A DNA stretch of 64,000 nt from Amoebidium appalachense. Taxonomy: Eukaryota; Protista; Ichthyosporea. Below the pieces are notes generated by a model. The model searched no databases and was not told the DNA's origin. It saw only the letters and a program-made list of their open reading frames with translations. Shown here piece after piece: positions 12,860-25,169 of the stretch. Numbering within the stretch: position 1 is the stretch's first letter; every line of letters begins with the position of its first letter. A program made the position numbers and the translations under genes. The stretch spans positions 17,293,840 to 17,357,839 of the forward strand of contig CAVNZM010000001.1 of the NCBI GenBank assembly GCA_963693365.1, read 5' to 3'.

Positions 12860-13691
12860 CTCACACAACACACACCAGGATATGGGCGAGTGTTGTGTTT
12901 CACCATTGCAAGCCGTAAAATTATGTTGTCTGGACACGTAGAAGGCACGAGTGTGGTGTGTGCATGGCACTAGTAGTGTGGCGTCACAGTGTGAAGGTTT
13001 TGCCGCCTAGACTCAAAACAATTGTGTTGCTGTTTCAAATCACTTCGGCTTCAAATTTCCAGTCCGGTGTAAACAGCAATATATAAGCAGCACCACAATG
13101 TAAAGTAAATGATATTGGCCTTCACGACGTGCTTCAGCAGGCACCGAAACGGATCGAAATCCCCCCCCCAACCACCACCACCACCACCCACACAACCACA
13201 CACACACACACACACACACACACGTTGTTCAAAAACCCTCGTACTGGCCATATGCATGGCACCCGGCTCCGGGCTTCCTCTCGGTCACCCGGCCAACATG
13301 TACAGTGACAGGAAGAAAGAAAAATGGAAGCAAAAGTGGATTGAAAAGGGATGGTGGTTACGGCACGTGCACACTGTTGCAAACACCAGTCTGAGAATCA
13401 AAGGCGCAACCAATGCACACAACTACATGCATGGCCTTGCACATGCACATGTACATATGCATATGCATGACCATGCATTGCACATTTGATTTCATGCATA
13501 CACACATGCATGTGCGCAGCTGGTACAGCAATGCATTCGCGAGACACTTTTCACTCGTGCTCATGATCATGGCATACATCCACCCCGCATGTGCACGTAC
13601 CGTGATCCATGCATATGTATACGTGTAGTCTGACACCCGAACATCACCGGTGCCAGCTTCCAAGCACGTGCAATGGTTATATACCAAATTG

Positions 13692-13745
<54 letters not shown>

Positions 13746-13968
13746 ATAGTGTGGAGGGAGGGAGGGAGGGAAGGGGAGGCGGAGGGGGAAGAGGAGGAAT
13801 AATTCAGCGTACACTTCGGCTCAATAAATGACTCCATTTATTGATGCGGCCCGGCAACAGCCAAGCAGCATTTTAACCAGGCTCAAGGTAAAAGGCCAAC
13901 AGGCCAATCACTTGCCCACATTATCACATTAAGCCCTTGTGGGCCAGTAGCAATCATGCGTTAAATAT

Positions 13969-15832
13969 TTACAGTTTGTTGAAGGCCACGACATCCATGC
14001 TCTGCACGTAGTCCTCGAAGGCCGTGATGTGCTCCTCCAGGTAGTCAGTGCCGCACTTGTCATCCTCAACCACACACGTGATCTGGAGCTTCTTGATGCC
14101 GTACCCAACCTGCATGTGTACACGTGTGTGTGTGTGTGCGCGCGTGGTGTGTAAATGTGGTTGTGTGGGTGTGATCAGTGTGTGTTAAGGGACAGGATGT
14201 TGGCTTTGGCATGCCGACAGTAACTATTGTGAAGGTCCACAAACAGAAAGAAATGATGTGTGTGTGGGTGCGTAGATGGGCGGGGGACACGGAGAGCCGC
14301 CAGGGGGGAGGGGGGGGGGGGGGGGGGGGGGGGGAGGGAGAGATTAAAATGTGGTCAACATTACGAAGCACTGATCAAAAAGAGACTGTATAGACACCAC
14401 CGAAGTAGGGGGGTTGCCTTCAGATGTAAGTGCATTTATGCAAAAAAAATAATAAAAATGGACACGGTAGTTATTTCATCCCTAAAACGCGTAGCAAGCA
14501 AACTGTGGCATCCTCCCCAAAAAAACAACAACAACCCCAACCCACCCAACCCACCCACGCTCACTTCACCCAAAAACAAAAAAAAAGGGCTCACCAACAT
14601 GCACCCACACACATACACCCCTTATGCCAGAGCACCACCCCACACCACCAGCACAGTTATGAAACCACCTCGACAAACTTTGAGTTATGAACCCACCTCG
14701 ACAAACTTTGATGTGCCCCACAGCAGGCCCTCGCACTGCACCGACCGCACACACTCCTCCAGCTTATCCAGTGGCGTCTCATCGTCCCACGGCTTGACGT
14801 CGAGAATGATCTGAGATTTGGCCACAACAGTGGGCTCTGAAGGGGGGGGGGGGGGGGGGGGGGTTTGAATGTGGAAGACGGTACGAAGTAGGGGGGGGGG
14901 GGGGGGGGGGTGTTTGAATGCGTCAAAAAGTACGAAGTACACAAGAACAAAAGGATAACACGATGCAGAATGCAAGCCATACATAAAAGAGTATGCATAA
15001 TAAGCAGAGCCCATCCTCGGGGGGGGCCCACGTCATCCACAGTACCCGAGTTTCGACCTATTCACCTCGTTAACGAAACCCAAGTCAGATACTGTTTCAC
15101 TTGAACATGGGTAGGTCACCCGTCTTAATCAGAGACGAGCAGGGTTGCTTATGCAGGCAAGGGCAGTGGGAAAGGCCGGGGGTTAAAGTTGCAGCAGTAA
15201 GCAGAAGCAAGAATAATATAGATAGGAACTCAGGAGACGGGGCTTCTAGGAAGCTCCCCCCTCGCTACCTAAGTCGATACTTCCCTGGCTAACATACTAC
15301 ACCAGCTGAAAAGAATTAAGTCCCGAAAGCCGCAGAATTCGCAATCAGAGGGGAAAAATTTGACCCACTTCGCAGGGTAGTAACACGCTTACTAGGGCGG
15401 AACTTTAACGTCTTCGAACGGAAAGCTATGCCCCCGGATGTCAGCCGGAAATATGGTATCACCCATTGCTTTGGGCTTGAAAAAAGCCAAATCGATAGTC
15501 CGAGTTATGTTACGCCGGCGGGTAACATGCCGCCTGGGTTCCAAGGGAGCTGTCGCCAACAGAGCGGTGTGTGCATGCGTGCGCGTAACGCAATGTGTGA
15601 AGTGTGTCTATAGCTATGAGAGGGGGTATGCAGAAGTGGACAGATGAAGTGTGTGGAGAGAAAAACAGTAGGAAGAAAAGTAGACACCGGTGTGTGCAAC
15701 CCCGCACAGCATACATACACACACACATACATAAATAAGCGAAAATAAGCGAAGATTACAGGTAATCAACCAGAACAACAAATGACAAGCAAAACAACAG
15801 GCGCTCTCTCCCCCCCCCCCCCCCCCCCCCCC

Positions 15833-15873
<41 letters not shown>

Positions 15874-16054
15874 GGGGGGGGGGGGGAGGGGAGAGGGGGG
15901 TCTTAGGGATGCTGCAGAATCGTCAGATATTAGACAATTCGTACCAATACGATCATTCTCTCATATATGAGAGAAGATTGTGACTAACGATGTACAGAGC
16001 TGGTTAAGACCTGTTGAGTGTGCAGAGAAAATGGGAGGGGAAGGAGGAGGGGAA

Positions 16055-16099
<45 letters not shown>

Positions 16100-16429
16100 G
16101 ATGTATGCGTTAGAGGGTTGGAAATATGGAGGAGACAACAAAGAGCAACAACAAAACGTCACAAACGTGGGAAATCCAAAATCAAACAATTTAAGCGTGC
16201 AGGCAGGAGACACTTGAACAGAGCCCATCATCAGGGGGTTCCTATGCCTCCACAAAAGCATGGGTTTCGACTCTTTAACCTCTCGCGCGTGGTTCCCAGG
16301 GGGGAGTGGTCAGGAGGCGGAACACGACATGAAGGCAGGACACATGCAACAGCAACCACGAGAGTAGGCAACAACGACGACGACACGTGGTATGCAACAT
16401 AAGCAGAACCCATCCTCGGGGAGGGGGGG

Positions 16430-16464
<35 letters not shown>

Positions 16465-16600
16465 GGGGGGGAGGGGGGGGGGAAAGGGTAGAAGGAAGGG
16501 TGTGTGTACACCATAAGGGGTGTACATAGGTAAAGAACAACACAGAGGTCTATGGTTCCATGCACAGGTAAAGTATGTGCAGTATACCGGAGTGATCTGG

Positions 16601-16637
<37 letters not shown>

Positions 16638-17139
16638 TAAGAGCGTGTCATAGAGTACGAAGTACATGTTGATGACGGACAACACGATGCAGAGTGCAAG
16701 GCACACATAATGAGTGTGCATATAAAGTAGAGCCCATCCTCAGAGGGGCCTAAAGTCATCCACAATTCCAGAGTTTCGAGCCATTCACCTAGAAAAAGGA
16801 AACATGCAACTCGGAGACTGCTTCACCTTGGGGAAGGGGGGAGAGGGGAGGAAAAGCATAGTTTGTGCTGGTGTGTTACAACATGATAGTGAGGGTGTGT
16901 GTGTGTGTGTGTGTGTGTGTGAGGGGGAAGGGGGCAGAGGGGAGGAGGGGGGTAGGGGGGGATGTATGCGTTAGAGGATTGGAAATATGGAGGAGACAAC
17001 AACGAGCAACAACAAAACGTCACTTGAACAGAGCCCATCATCAGGGGGGTTCCTATGCCTCCACAAAAGTATGGGTTTCGACTCTTTAACCGGGAGGGGG
17101 AGAGAGGGAGAGAGGGAGGGAGGGAGAGAGAGAGGGAGA

Positions 17140-17174
<35 letters not shown>

Positions 17175-17515
17175 GGGGGGAGGGAGAGAGAGAGAGAGAG
17201 AACGAAGGGGTCCAAAAGGGCTACGATAGAACCGCGAGCAGGCCTCCAAGAAAGCAGCAGAGAAAGAAGGGGCTGGAACCTCCCCCCCCCCCCCCCCCCC
17301 CCCCAAAAACACACACACACACGTCCCTCATGTGCAGCCAAGCATCGTGTTGCCACCTGAGCCGTGTGCAGTGCTTTGTTTCTGTAACGGGAAGCCTGCA
17401 GATGCAGCAAAGACTACGGGCATATTTGGGCATCTGTGTGTATGTGTGTTGTCTTGGGCGGGCGGGGGGGGGGGGGGGGGGGGGGGGGGGTTGGTGCATG
17501 GCCTAGACCGAGCTA

Positions 17516-17586
<71 letters not shown>

Positions 17587-18169
17587 CACCTGCATTGCGT
17601 GGCACGGGCTATACACACAACCCCACCAAAAAAAGCACACAAAAGGAACACTCAAAGGCAGTGGCGGTTGTTGTTGTTGTGTGCATGTGTATGAGTCTGT
17701 GTGAAAGAGAGAGAGAGGGTGTGTGTTTGTGTGTGTGTAGGCACGTGGATGTGTGTGTGTGTACGTGCATGTGTATGTGCCTATGAGTGTGCCTATGTGT
17801 GTGCACGTGCACCACGTACTGTTTGCCTTGCGTGCGTTGTACTCAGCCAGGCGCTGGGCCTTGATCTTCTCCTTCTCCTCGTCATCCTCCTCCTCATCTC
17901 CGAACAAATCAACATCATCATCCTCTTCCTCCTTCTTTTCTTCCTTATCCTTCTTCTTGTCCTTCTTATCCTCCTTCTTGTCCTTCTTGTCCTTCTTATC
18001 CTTTTTCTCCTTTTTCTCCTTCTTCTCTTTCTTGTCCTTCTTCTTCTTCTTATCATCATCCGAATCAGAGTCGGACGAGCTGGAGGAAGAGGAAGAGGAA
18101 GATGAAGAGGAGGAGGAATCACCACCCTGCAAACCACACACATACGCAGTTAGAACCAGCATGTATTGT

Positions 18170-18231
<62 letters not shown>

Positions 18232-19245
18232 TGTGTGTATCCGTGCTTAACGTATCCACCAGCAAACATTCTATCCAGACCATTGCCCAGACCTCAGCAC
18301 GAGCTCAACTGTAGACAGCAACAAGGACAATCACAAATCCATTGTTGTCCCCCCCCCCCCCCCCCCCCCCCCGCCGCCGCCGAAGAAACATGCCCTAAGA
18401 CCATGAAACACATACACGTCAACCCTCTCTCACTCACACGGTTTGCTAACAACTACAACCACACCTCTCTCTGTCGGTATATTGAACCCCCCCCCCCCCT
18501 TCTCTCTCTCCAGAAGGTCCCTTCTGCCACCAATCCCCCCCCCCCCCCCCAACCACCACCTTCCTAGGGTATGAAACTCGCATCCCATCTCTCCACCATT
18601 ATCTTCCCCATGCAGCACGTCCATTCCACATAACACCACCAAACCTTCTTACCTCCTTACACAGAAATGGAGCAACAACCAAACAGCTCGGGCTCCATCA
18701 CCCCCCTTCCCCATACACACACACAACCTTAATAGTTTCTATCAGCCCCTCCCCCCCCGGAGCTCCTCAATTTCTTTAAAACGACCTGTACCATGACATG
18801 CACTCCCCCCCCCCCCCCCCCTTCTCCCCCTCCCCTCCTCCCACACACACACCTCCCCACCTTTCGCTTGACACACTCACAGCGCTTTCAATACCCTCTC
18901 GTTATTCTCCCTCCTCCTTTCGTCCTACATCAACCCTCCCTTCCCCCCTCCCCCCTCTCCCCCACCACCCCCACAACTCTCTTCCTCTCCCTCTCTCTCC
19001 CCTCCCTTTCTCTCACCCTCCCCTCCCCCCCCCCCTCCCCACACACACACACAGACACTCCCCCCCCCCACACACACACAGACACTCCCCCCCCCCACAC
19101 ACACACAGACACCCACACGCACCTTCTTGAGGGCCTTTTCGATCTTCTTGAGTCTCTTCTGGAACTTCTTGTTTGCCTTCTCAAGCTCCTTCACCTTCTC
19201 CTTGAGCTTCTTGTTCTCGGCAGCCATCTCACCGAGCTACATGTG

Positions 19246-19288
<43 letters not shown>

Positions 19289-20354
19289 CTGTGTGTGGTG
19301 GGTCGCATGTGTTCGCATATTGAAATGTGCTCTTGTGTATGTAACTACAAAGTGGGAAATAAAGCAGCCGCATAGAATTGGAGAGTGGAGAATAGAGATA
19401 CCAAGGGGAGGGGTAAGAAGTTGAAACCAAGGTGGGAGTCAAAGGAAGACAAATGATGACCAATGGTAATGCGTCAGTAGGATAAGAGTGAAAGGTGGTT
19501 GAACAGCAAAGGGAAATAAAAAAGGGTGCAATAACGATTTACAACAACTTCCAGCAAGGAAACGGAAGAGTGACCTTTCATATGAAGCCTCAGTGAAGTG
19601 GTGTGTGGGTGAATAAGTTTGGATGAGTGACAGAGTGAGTTGGGTATAGTGTGCGTGTAGGTATGCCACGGTGAGTGTGTGTGTGTGTGTGTGTGTGTTT
19701 GTTTGTTTGTGTGTGTGTGTGTGTGTAAGTGAGTGAATGCGCGTGTGTGTATGTGCATGCGTGCGTGTGTGCGTGTGTTTCTGTGCTTCTGCTTCTGTCG
19801 TGCGCTAGTGCCTGTCGTTGTATTGTGCTTGTGTTTGCAGACACTTTTCCTGCAAAGATGATGCTAAAAGCACGTGAACAACTCTGACAAGCAGCACAAT
19901 AAGCAAATAAATTGGAAACACAGTTGTAATAGTATCTCGCATCTTAACACACGCATTTATACCACACTACACACAGCTGCACAAGCGGGAAAGGTGGTGG
20001 GTGAGGGAGGGAGAGGCACGATCTACAAAGGCTCAGACAAGTTGTAAAGGAGAAATAAAAGTAAAAGGAGTAAGAGAAGGAAACACAAGAAGGAGGAGGC
20101 CGGCTACAAAATGGGGCGGAGAGCAGGGAGGGGAGAGGGGGGGGGGGGGGGGGGGGGGGGAGGGGGGGGGGGAGAGAGAGAGACAGAGGTGAGCGAGGGA
20201 CTCCGAGGAGAGTGAGGAGGGATGTTGAGATTTCAACACCCACACGGCAACGTACCGGGCCATACTTGTACATGGCGAAGTTGAGCTCAGCATCCGCAAG
20301 GGAGGCGACATCATAGTGCCCCTCAGCAACAATGGCCTTTGCGTTCAGCGACAT
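13969..20354 (-). CDS. EEF1B: Elongation factor 1-beta/delta (eEF1B); exons 20354-20256, 19236-19123, 18126-17820, 14836-14697, 14109-13969
   Basis: All introns are GT..AG with consistent phases. Spliced product (266 aa) has [49 protein letters not shown] and [13 protein letters not shown], the hallmark EF1B guanine-exchange domain. Confidence 0.96.
14656..14711. repeat. 28-nt tandem duplication spanning the eEF1B exon 4 donor site
   Basis: gttatgaaaccacctcgacaaactttga followed directly by gttatgaacccacctcgacaaactttga (1 mismatch). Confidence 0.95.
14912..17090 (-). repeat. Cluster of intronic units in eEF1B intron 3 (starts 17090, 16788, ~16420 partial, 16279, 15065)
   Basis: Each carries GT(G/T)AA..TCGAAAC..TGTGGA..C(T/C)GA(T/G)GATGGG(C/T)TCT, separated by poly-C/CA spacers. 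The 17090 and 16279 copies form a second subtype. Confidence 0.9.
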
Positions 20355-20929
20355 TTTCTGCCTACTCCGAGAAACCGAAAACTGAGTGTGGAAACTTGAG
20401 TGCGCTGGAAAAAACGGGCTGGGAGGAGGGCAAAAAAAATCGGGCACGTGCTGTTTGCAGACCTCGTAACTATCCAAGCCGAATCCTCGTTAGTGTCATA
20501 CATGTCCGGCCAGGGGAGGGGGCCCAGAGGCGGGACTCCGCCAGGCTCAGTTGTGCATCACCTTGCATAGACGGGCGTGGCCTTTTTCAAGGTTCCCTTC
20601 CCGCCATACTAGGGATATATAGCTAGCTAGGCCTGATCATCGGCCACGCGATGACCATCATAATCACGATCACCGTGATCCGAATACCAAGAGGTGCACG
20701 CATTTTTCGTTGTTACTCTGTCTCTCTCTCTAGAGCTTTCTCTTTATCTCTCTCTCCCCCCTCACTCCCCCCCCCCCCCCCCCCCCCCCCCGGGTATGGC
20801 CCGACCACCGTAAGCATGAGAAAGACGTATAAATCTTCCGAATCGGGTCGTGCAGGCAGTCCCATGTATGTAAAACTCTCGATCACACCGTGCCAACCAA
20901 GCTTAACGCATACAGTATACTAGTATGTT

Positions 20930-21460
20930 TGTTTGCGAATCCACCCATGCCACTGCGGTCAAGAACGAGAAAGAGGGCCTTTTATCAGGCTCGATCCCTT
21001 CCACGTCCACCAGACAAGCAACAAAGAAAAATGTAACATGCAGACAGTGTCATGACCAGCATTTACACCCTGCTATTTCATGCATTATGGTACCCACCGG
21101 CACTTTCAAAAGTGAACCTGGTGACCTCGTTGTTACTTTTCTACCGGAAGCAAGACCCGCAGACCACTGAAAAATTGCTGCTAAGTAGTATTTCCTACTG
21201 CTACAAGCAACTAAAAGAAGAAGGCATGCTAACAAATGACGACCGAAAACTTCACTCATCAACCTCCTACAAGTTCATGTCCGTTGTCACCATTATTACT
21301 GCGACAAATGTGTGGTGTATGCACGGCACGCCACTTGACCAGATCGGCCAGAGATTCTTGACACGACGTTTGTTGGCGACTTCAACTGCCAAATTTGGCA
21401 AGAAGCCGCGATGCAAGCGGAAGCTGCCTGCTGCTGCAAATAAAAAGACTTATAGTTAGA
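20930..21460 (+). pseudogene. Possible decayed C-terminus of a P-element/THAP9-like transposase
   Basis: EKEGLLSG..KKNVTCRQCHDQHL..EPGDLV..TEKLL loosely follows the CxxC-containing C-terminal region of P-like transposases; frameshifted. Weak. Confidence 0.2.
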
Positions 21461-22110
21461 TAACAGCAGTATTTTAGTTTGTCACCGTGCTAGCCACCAT
21501 AACCTCACAAATCTGATCAGTTGTGGCATTATACGTCAATGGCTTCAGTCACGGCCTCTTTAAAGCACTGGCCAGGTTTATGTATGTACGAAATGCTGTT
21601 AGGCCTACACAAGATGTTTCACTGACAGATATATCTGCTTTATAGAGCCAACACTGAGTATGCCAGAGTTGCCATTCAGAGCCTCTGCCATCTATAACTG
21701 TGTGAGCGAGTGTCACAGGACACAACACAAAGTGCAGCACGTACATACCTTGGGGGCTGTGTGCCATCCTTGGTTGCCTTAGGGCTGGTTTTGGGTGACC
21801 ACAGTCTTAATTTGTTGCGCCGGCCAACATCCAAGTCCAGGCGGGACATGGCCTCCCTGAGAGTGCCCTGCCCTTGGAGCTCTCGTGCTCGCTCTGACCC
21901 CTGCAAAACCAATCAGGTCGCTGTTATTAATAAACTGTAGGCTGAAGGCAAGAGGCGTAGGAACTGAGCTAGGTCCACAACCAGCCGTCACCAAGTTTGC
22001 ACAACGATTGCTCATTTTTATTGCCACACGGTGTAGCAGTGTTTAAAGCGAATTCTGTTGGCGAGGCAGGTGTGTGGGGTGTGTTTGTAGGGGGGGAGGG
22101 GAGAGAGACA

Positions 22111-22180
<70 letters not shown>

Positions 22181-25169
22181 AGAGAGGGAGAGAGAAAGAA
22201 GAGAGAGAGGGAGGGAGGGAGGCACAGCACAAGAGCAATATCTCTCTGAACTCCTCTGTCTATCGACACAAAGACACATATGTCACACTGCCAGCCAAGT
22301 CTGGACAAGTTAGCAACTTGATACTGCAAACTCGAGTTTCCCCGGACCACACACATACCTCTATCGCTGTGCTCAGATCGTCACCCACATCCAGCGTGGC
22401 GCCTATGTGTGTCTGCACTACGGCAGATTGCTTATGTTTTGCCTTTTCACGTGCAAACGTGTCTTGAATAGTGGTGCTTTTTGATTCGTCCTTCGTTTTG
22501 TTTTTCGAAAGCAAATTTCCCTGCGTCGAGCGGTCAGGCGTGTTCTGATCCGAGGTCACATCTTCCGGGTTTGAAGAGCATCGCTGGTGCACTTTTCTCT
22601 TGTGTGGTTTAGCAAGTGGGAGGCTCCTGGATAACAGTGTCCCGACGTTAACTTGGGTCCATTCCCTCTCAATGGCCCCAGCCAAAACCGTCTCCTCCTT
22701 CCTTCCTTCTCCCTCTTTCCGCCTACTAAACTGTGATTTCTTGCGGCCAACCCGCTCTGTCCTTTGCCTGTTCGAGTTTTCGAACTCCTCGCTCTCTGAT
22801 TGTGTTTCTTCGGCAACCGAAGATTCGTTTGGAACCGACCACCTCACGTTTCTCTCTCCATGCAGCCTCCCTTGTTTGGTTGGGTGTGAGCGAGGGCGCA
22901 CACAACTATCACTACTGGAGGTCAGTGTTGCGGCACACGAGTAGCTTTGATTGGCGTCACGAACACTGGCTGCGGCTGTGCCTGCGAGTAGCTCTAGGGT
23001 GAACATGGACGGGTCGAGAGGATACGAGGGTTGCCGTCTGTGTGTCCGCCTGTGCCCTGTGCTCTCACAACTCTCAGCCAACGGTTTGTGCTGTGCAACT
23101 GGAGAGTGGTGACTAGTCACGGGTACTGCCAAGGGTGGAAGGCCTGTTGGGTGGTCGTGTGGTTGCTTAGTGCTTGTGATGGTGGCGTGCGTATCCGCAA
23201 GCACACATCTAAGTCCATCGTTGCTGCTCATTTCTCCTGAGCTGATAATGAAGCAAAATTTTCCCTTTCCTATGTCTAAATATGCTCAGGCTGTCTCTAC
23301 TTAGCTATACTGTTGTCTTGAGATTGACTCTGAAATTGTAAGTGTAGTGCGCGGTTTCAAGACACATGTGAGCATGGGACTCTTTTTCGTTTCGTTTGTT
23401 ATTGTTTTGCCTTCCGCGGCTGACATAAAGCATATCGAGGGTCCAAAAGAGCTGAATTCTGGTTGCCTTATTCAGCACGTTGCTCCACGTTGTATTTGGC
23501 AACCGAAAAACCTGAAAGGCTGAAACACGAACATGTTGCACGAACAACACGTGGTGCCCTACGCTCCTATCTTAGGCACATGAAGTATGCATACATGAAT
23601 AATAATGAATACTAAATATGTTTTGACACGCTGCGACATACATACAGTCAGCAGCGCTCCAAGGCAAAGGTTACAATAATATTAGCGCAGCCTTGAACCG
23701 CTGAAGGCAGTGAAGGCGTATACTATACTATACGCATCATGCGGCGACAGCAGTTGCTTGGCTCCTAGATGTAACAAATTTGTGGATGGTGGGGGTTCAA
23801 ACTGCTCACAAAAAAAAGAGCCTGAGAGATCCACCGACCAGCCTTAAAGTCGAGTCTATTAAAGCTTCTGTCGCTTGAGCATGCGCAAGAAACAAAATGA
23901 TTATCAGTGAGCTTTATTTTGTTTACTATAGTCAAAGTTGCAGAATCGCTACCATACTAATAATACCAGTTTTACTGGTTCGACAATTAAAATAGAGCCC
24001 CTAAAGCTAAAACGTCAAGGTGATTAAGGGCAAATCTAGTAACGTAGTATCCAATGGAGCAGCTTTGATAGGGAATCGCTGATAGCTATCCTTGCAAGAA
24101 ATATTTTTTTCTTTTGACTGGTACAGCATGTCTAAAACTTTAAATCACAAATCTATATATTGGTAAAAAGAAATGTATTTTGAACCGCTAAAATAGAATT
24201 CATGCCTTTTCTGATACATATTTCTTGATTTGCACATAACATAATTTTGGTATGGTTTTGTGATAACCGTCTGATATCGCACCACCTCTTTGCCTGGTTG
24301 GGTTAAATACGCAACAGTAATCTCCCAGTGGCCTACTCCCAACGCCACAACTTCACAAGTGCTCACTGCTCTGCGCTGATTAGCCATTCAACTTTCCTGG
24401 AATACTCTAACATAAGGTTTAGTTTTGCAAAGATATCATAAATTTATAAATTTTCTCCGTATCTTTTCCTTCTGTAATTAATTTGATATGCTGAAATTTT
24501 GCTGCGAAGCTCTGATTTCACGTTCGGAATCGAAAGAGGGGTGGATTCATCAAGAATATATCTTATTTATTAATATATTGGGTCCGGACCGGAAATAATA
24601 TCTAGGATTAATCGTCCTAAATAAAATTACCGTTCCTTGCAACTTTTTGGGTATCACAATGACAGGACATGCATATGCGAGGCTATGATGAGGTCCCCGT
24701 AACAATGCCAACACCAAATAGTAATATATCTAATTCCAGATAACGAACCGGCCACCGTCAGTGGTCACATTTTGTGGACTTCAGCAACGGATTTTTTCTT
24801 TGGGGGGGTCGGATCCCCAAAGATAGATCTGGGGTGACGTCATCTCACTCCCAGCGCACCATATGTGTCACGCGTGTCACGAACCATGATGCTGATACGT
24901 GCTGGACATGAGCGAAAGAATGTAGCGTAACTACATAGTACCAGCCCGAAGACCCAAGCGTAACATTGGCTACTATCATGTTAATATCCTGGAAGATATG
25001 CAGGAAAAACAGCTACTTCATGATAGTGGCAAACTTTCTGAAAAACACTGTATCGCAGACAACTCACCTTACTGCATTTTCTTGGCTGTTCTGTCCACCA
25101 ATCAATAAGCCTGACAAATCAGACGCATCCTTCGAACATTCCATCATGTGACGTAGATATACATCGAGT

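Noticed and set aside
14415-14485. C/D snoRNA in eEF1B intron 4 (GGATGA..CTGA on the minus strand)
   Set aside because: Imperfect C box, weak terminal stem, no rRNA complement recognised.
16100-16226. U17/snR30 snoRNA, from GGGCTCTGTTCAAGTG resembling human U17 as recalled
   Set aside because: The essential m1 (ATATTCCTA) and m2 (AAACCAT) motifs are not present in the right arrangement; probably chance.
16215-16281. Hammerhead ribozyme in the intronic units (GAAAC and CTGANGA with stem II-like arms)
   Set aside because: No stem III/UH/stem I can be formed between the two core halves in any copy, and two copies have core changes (GAGA, CCGAGGA).
22260-23231. 323-aa ORF as a real gene
   Set aside because: No recognisable domain or splice context; probably decayed mobile-element sequence.
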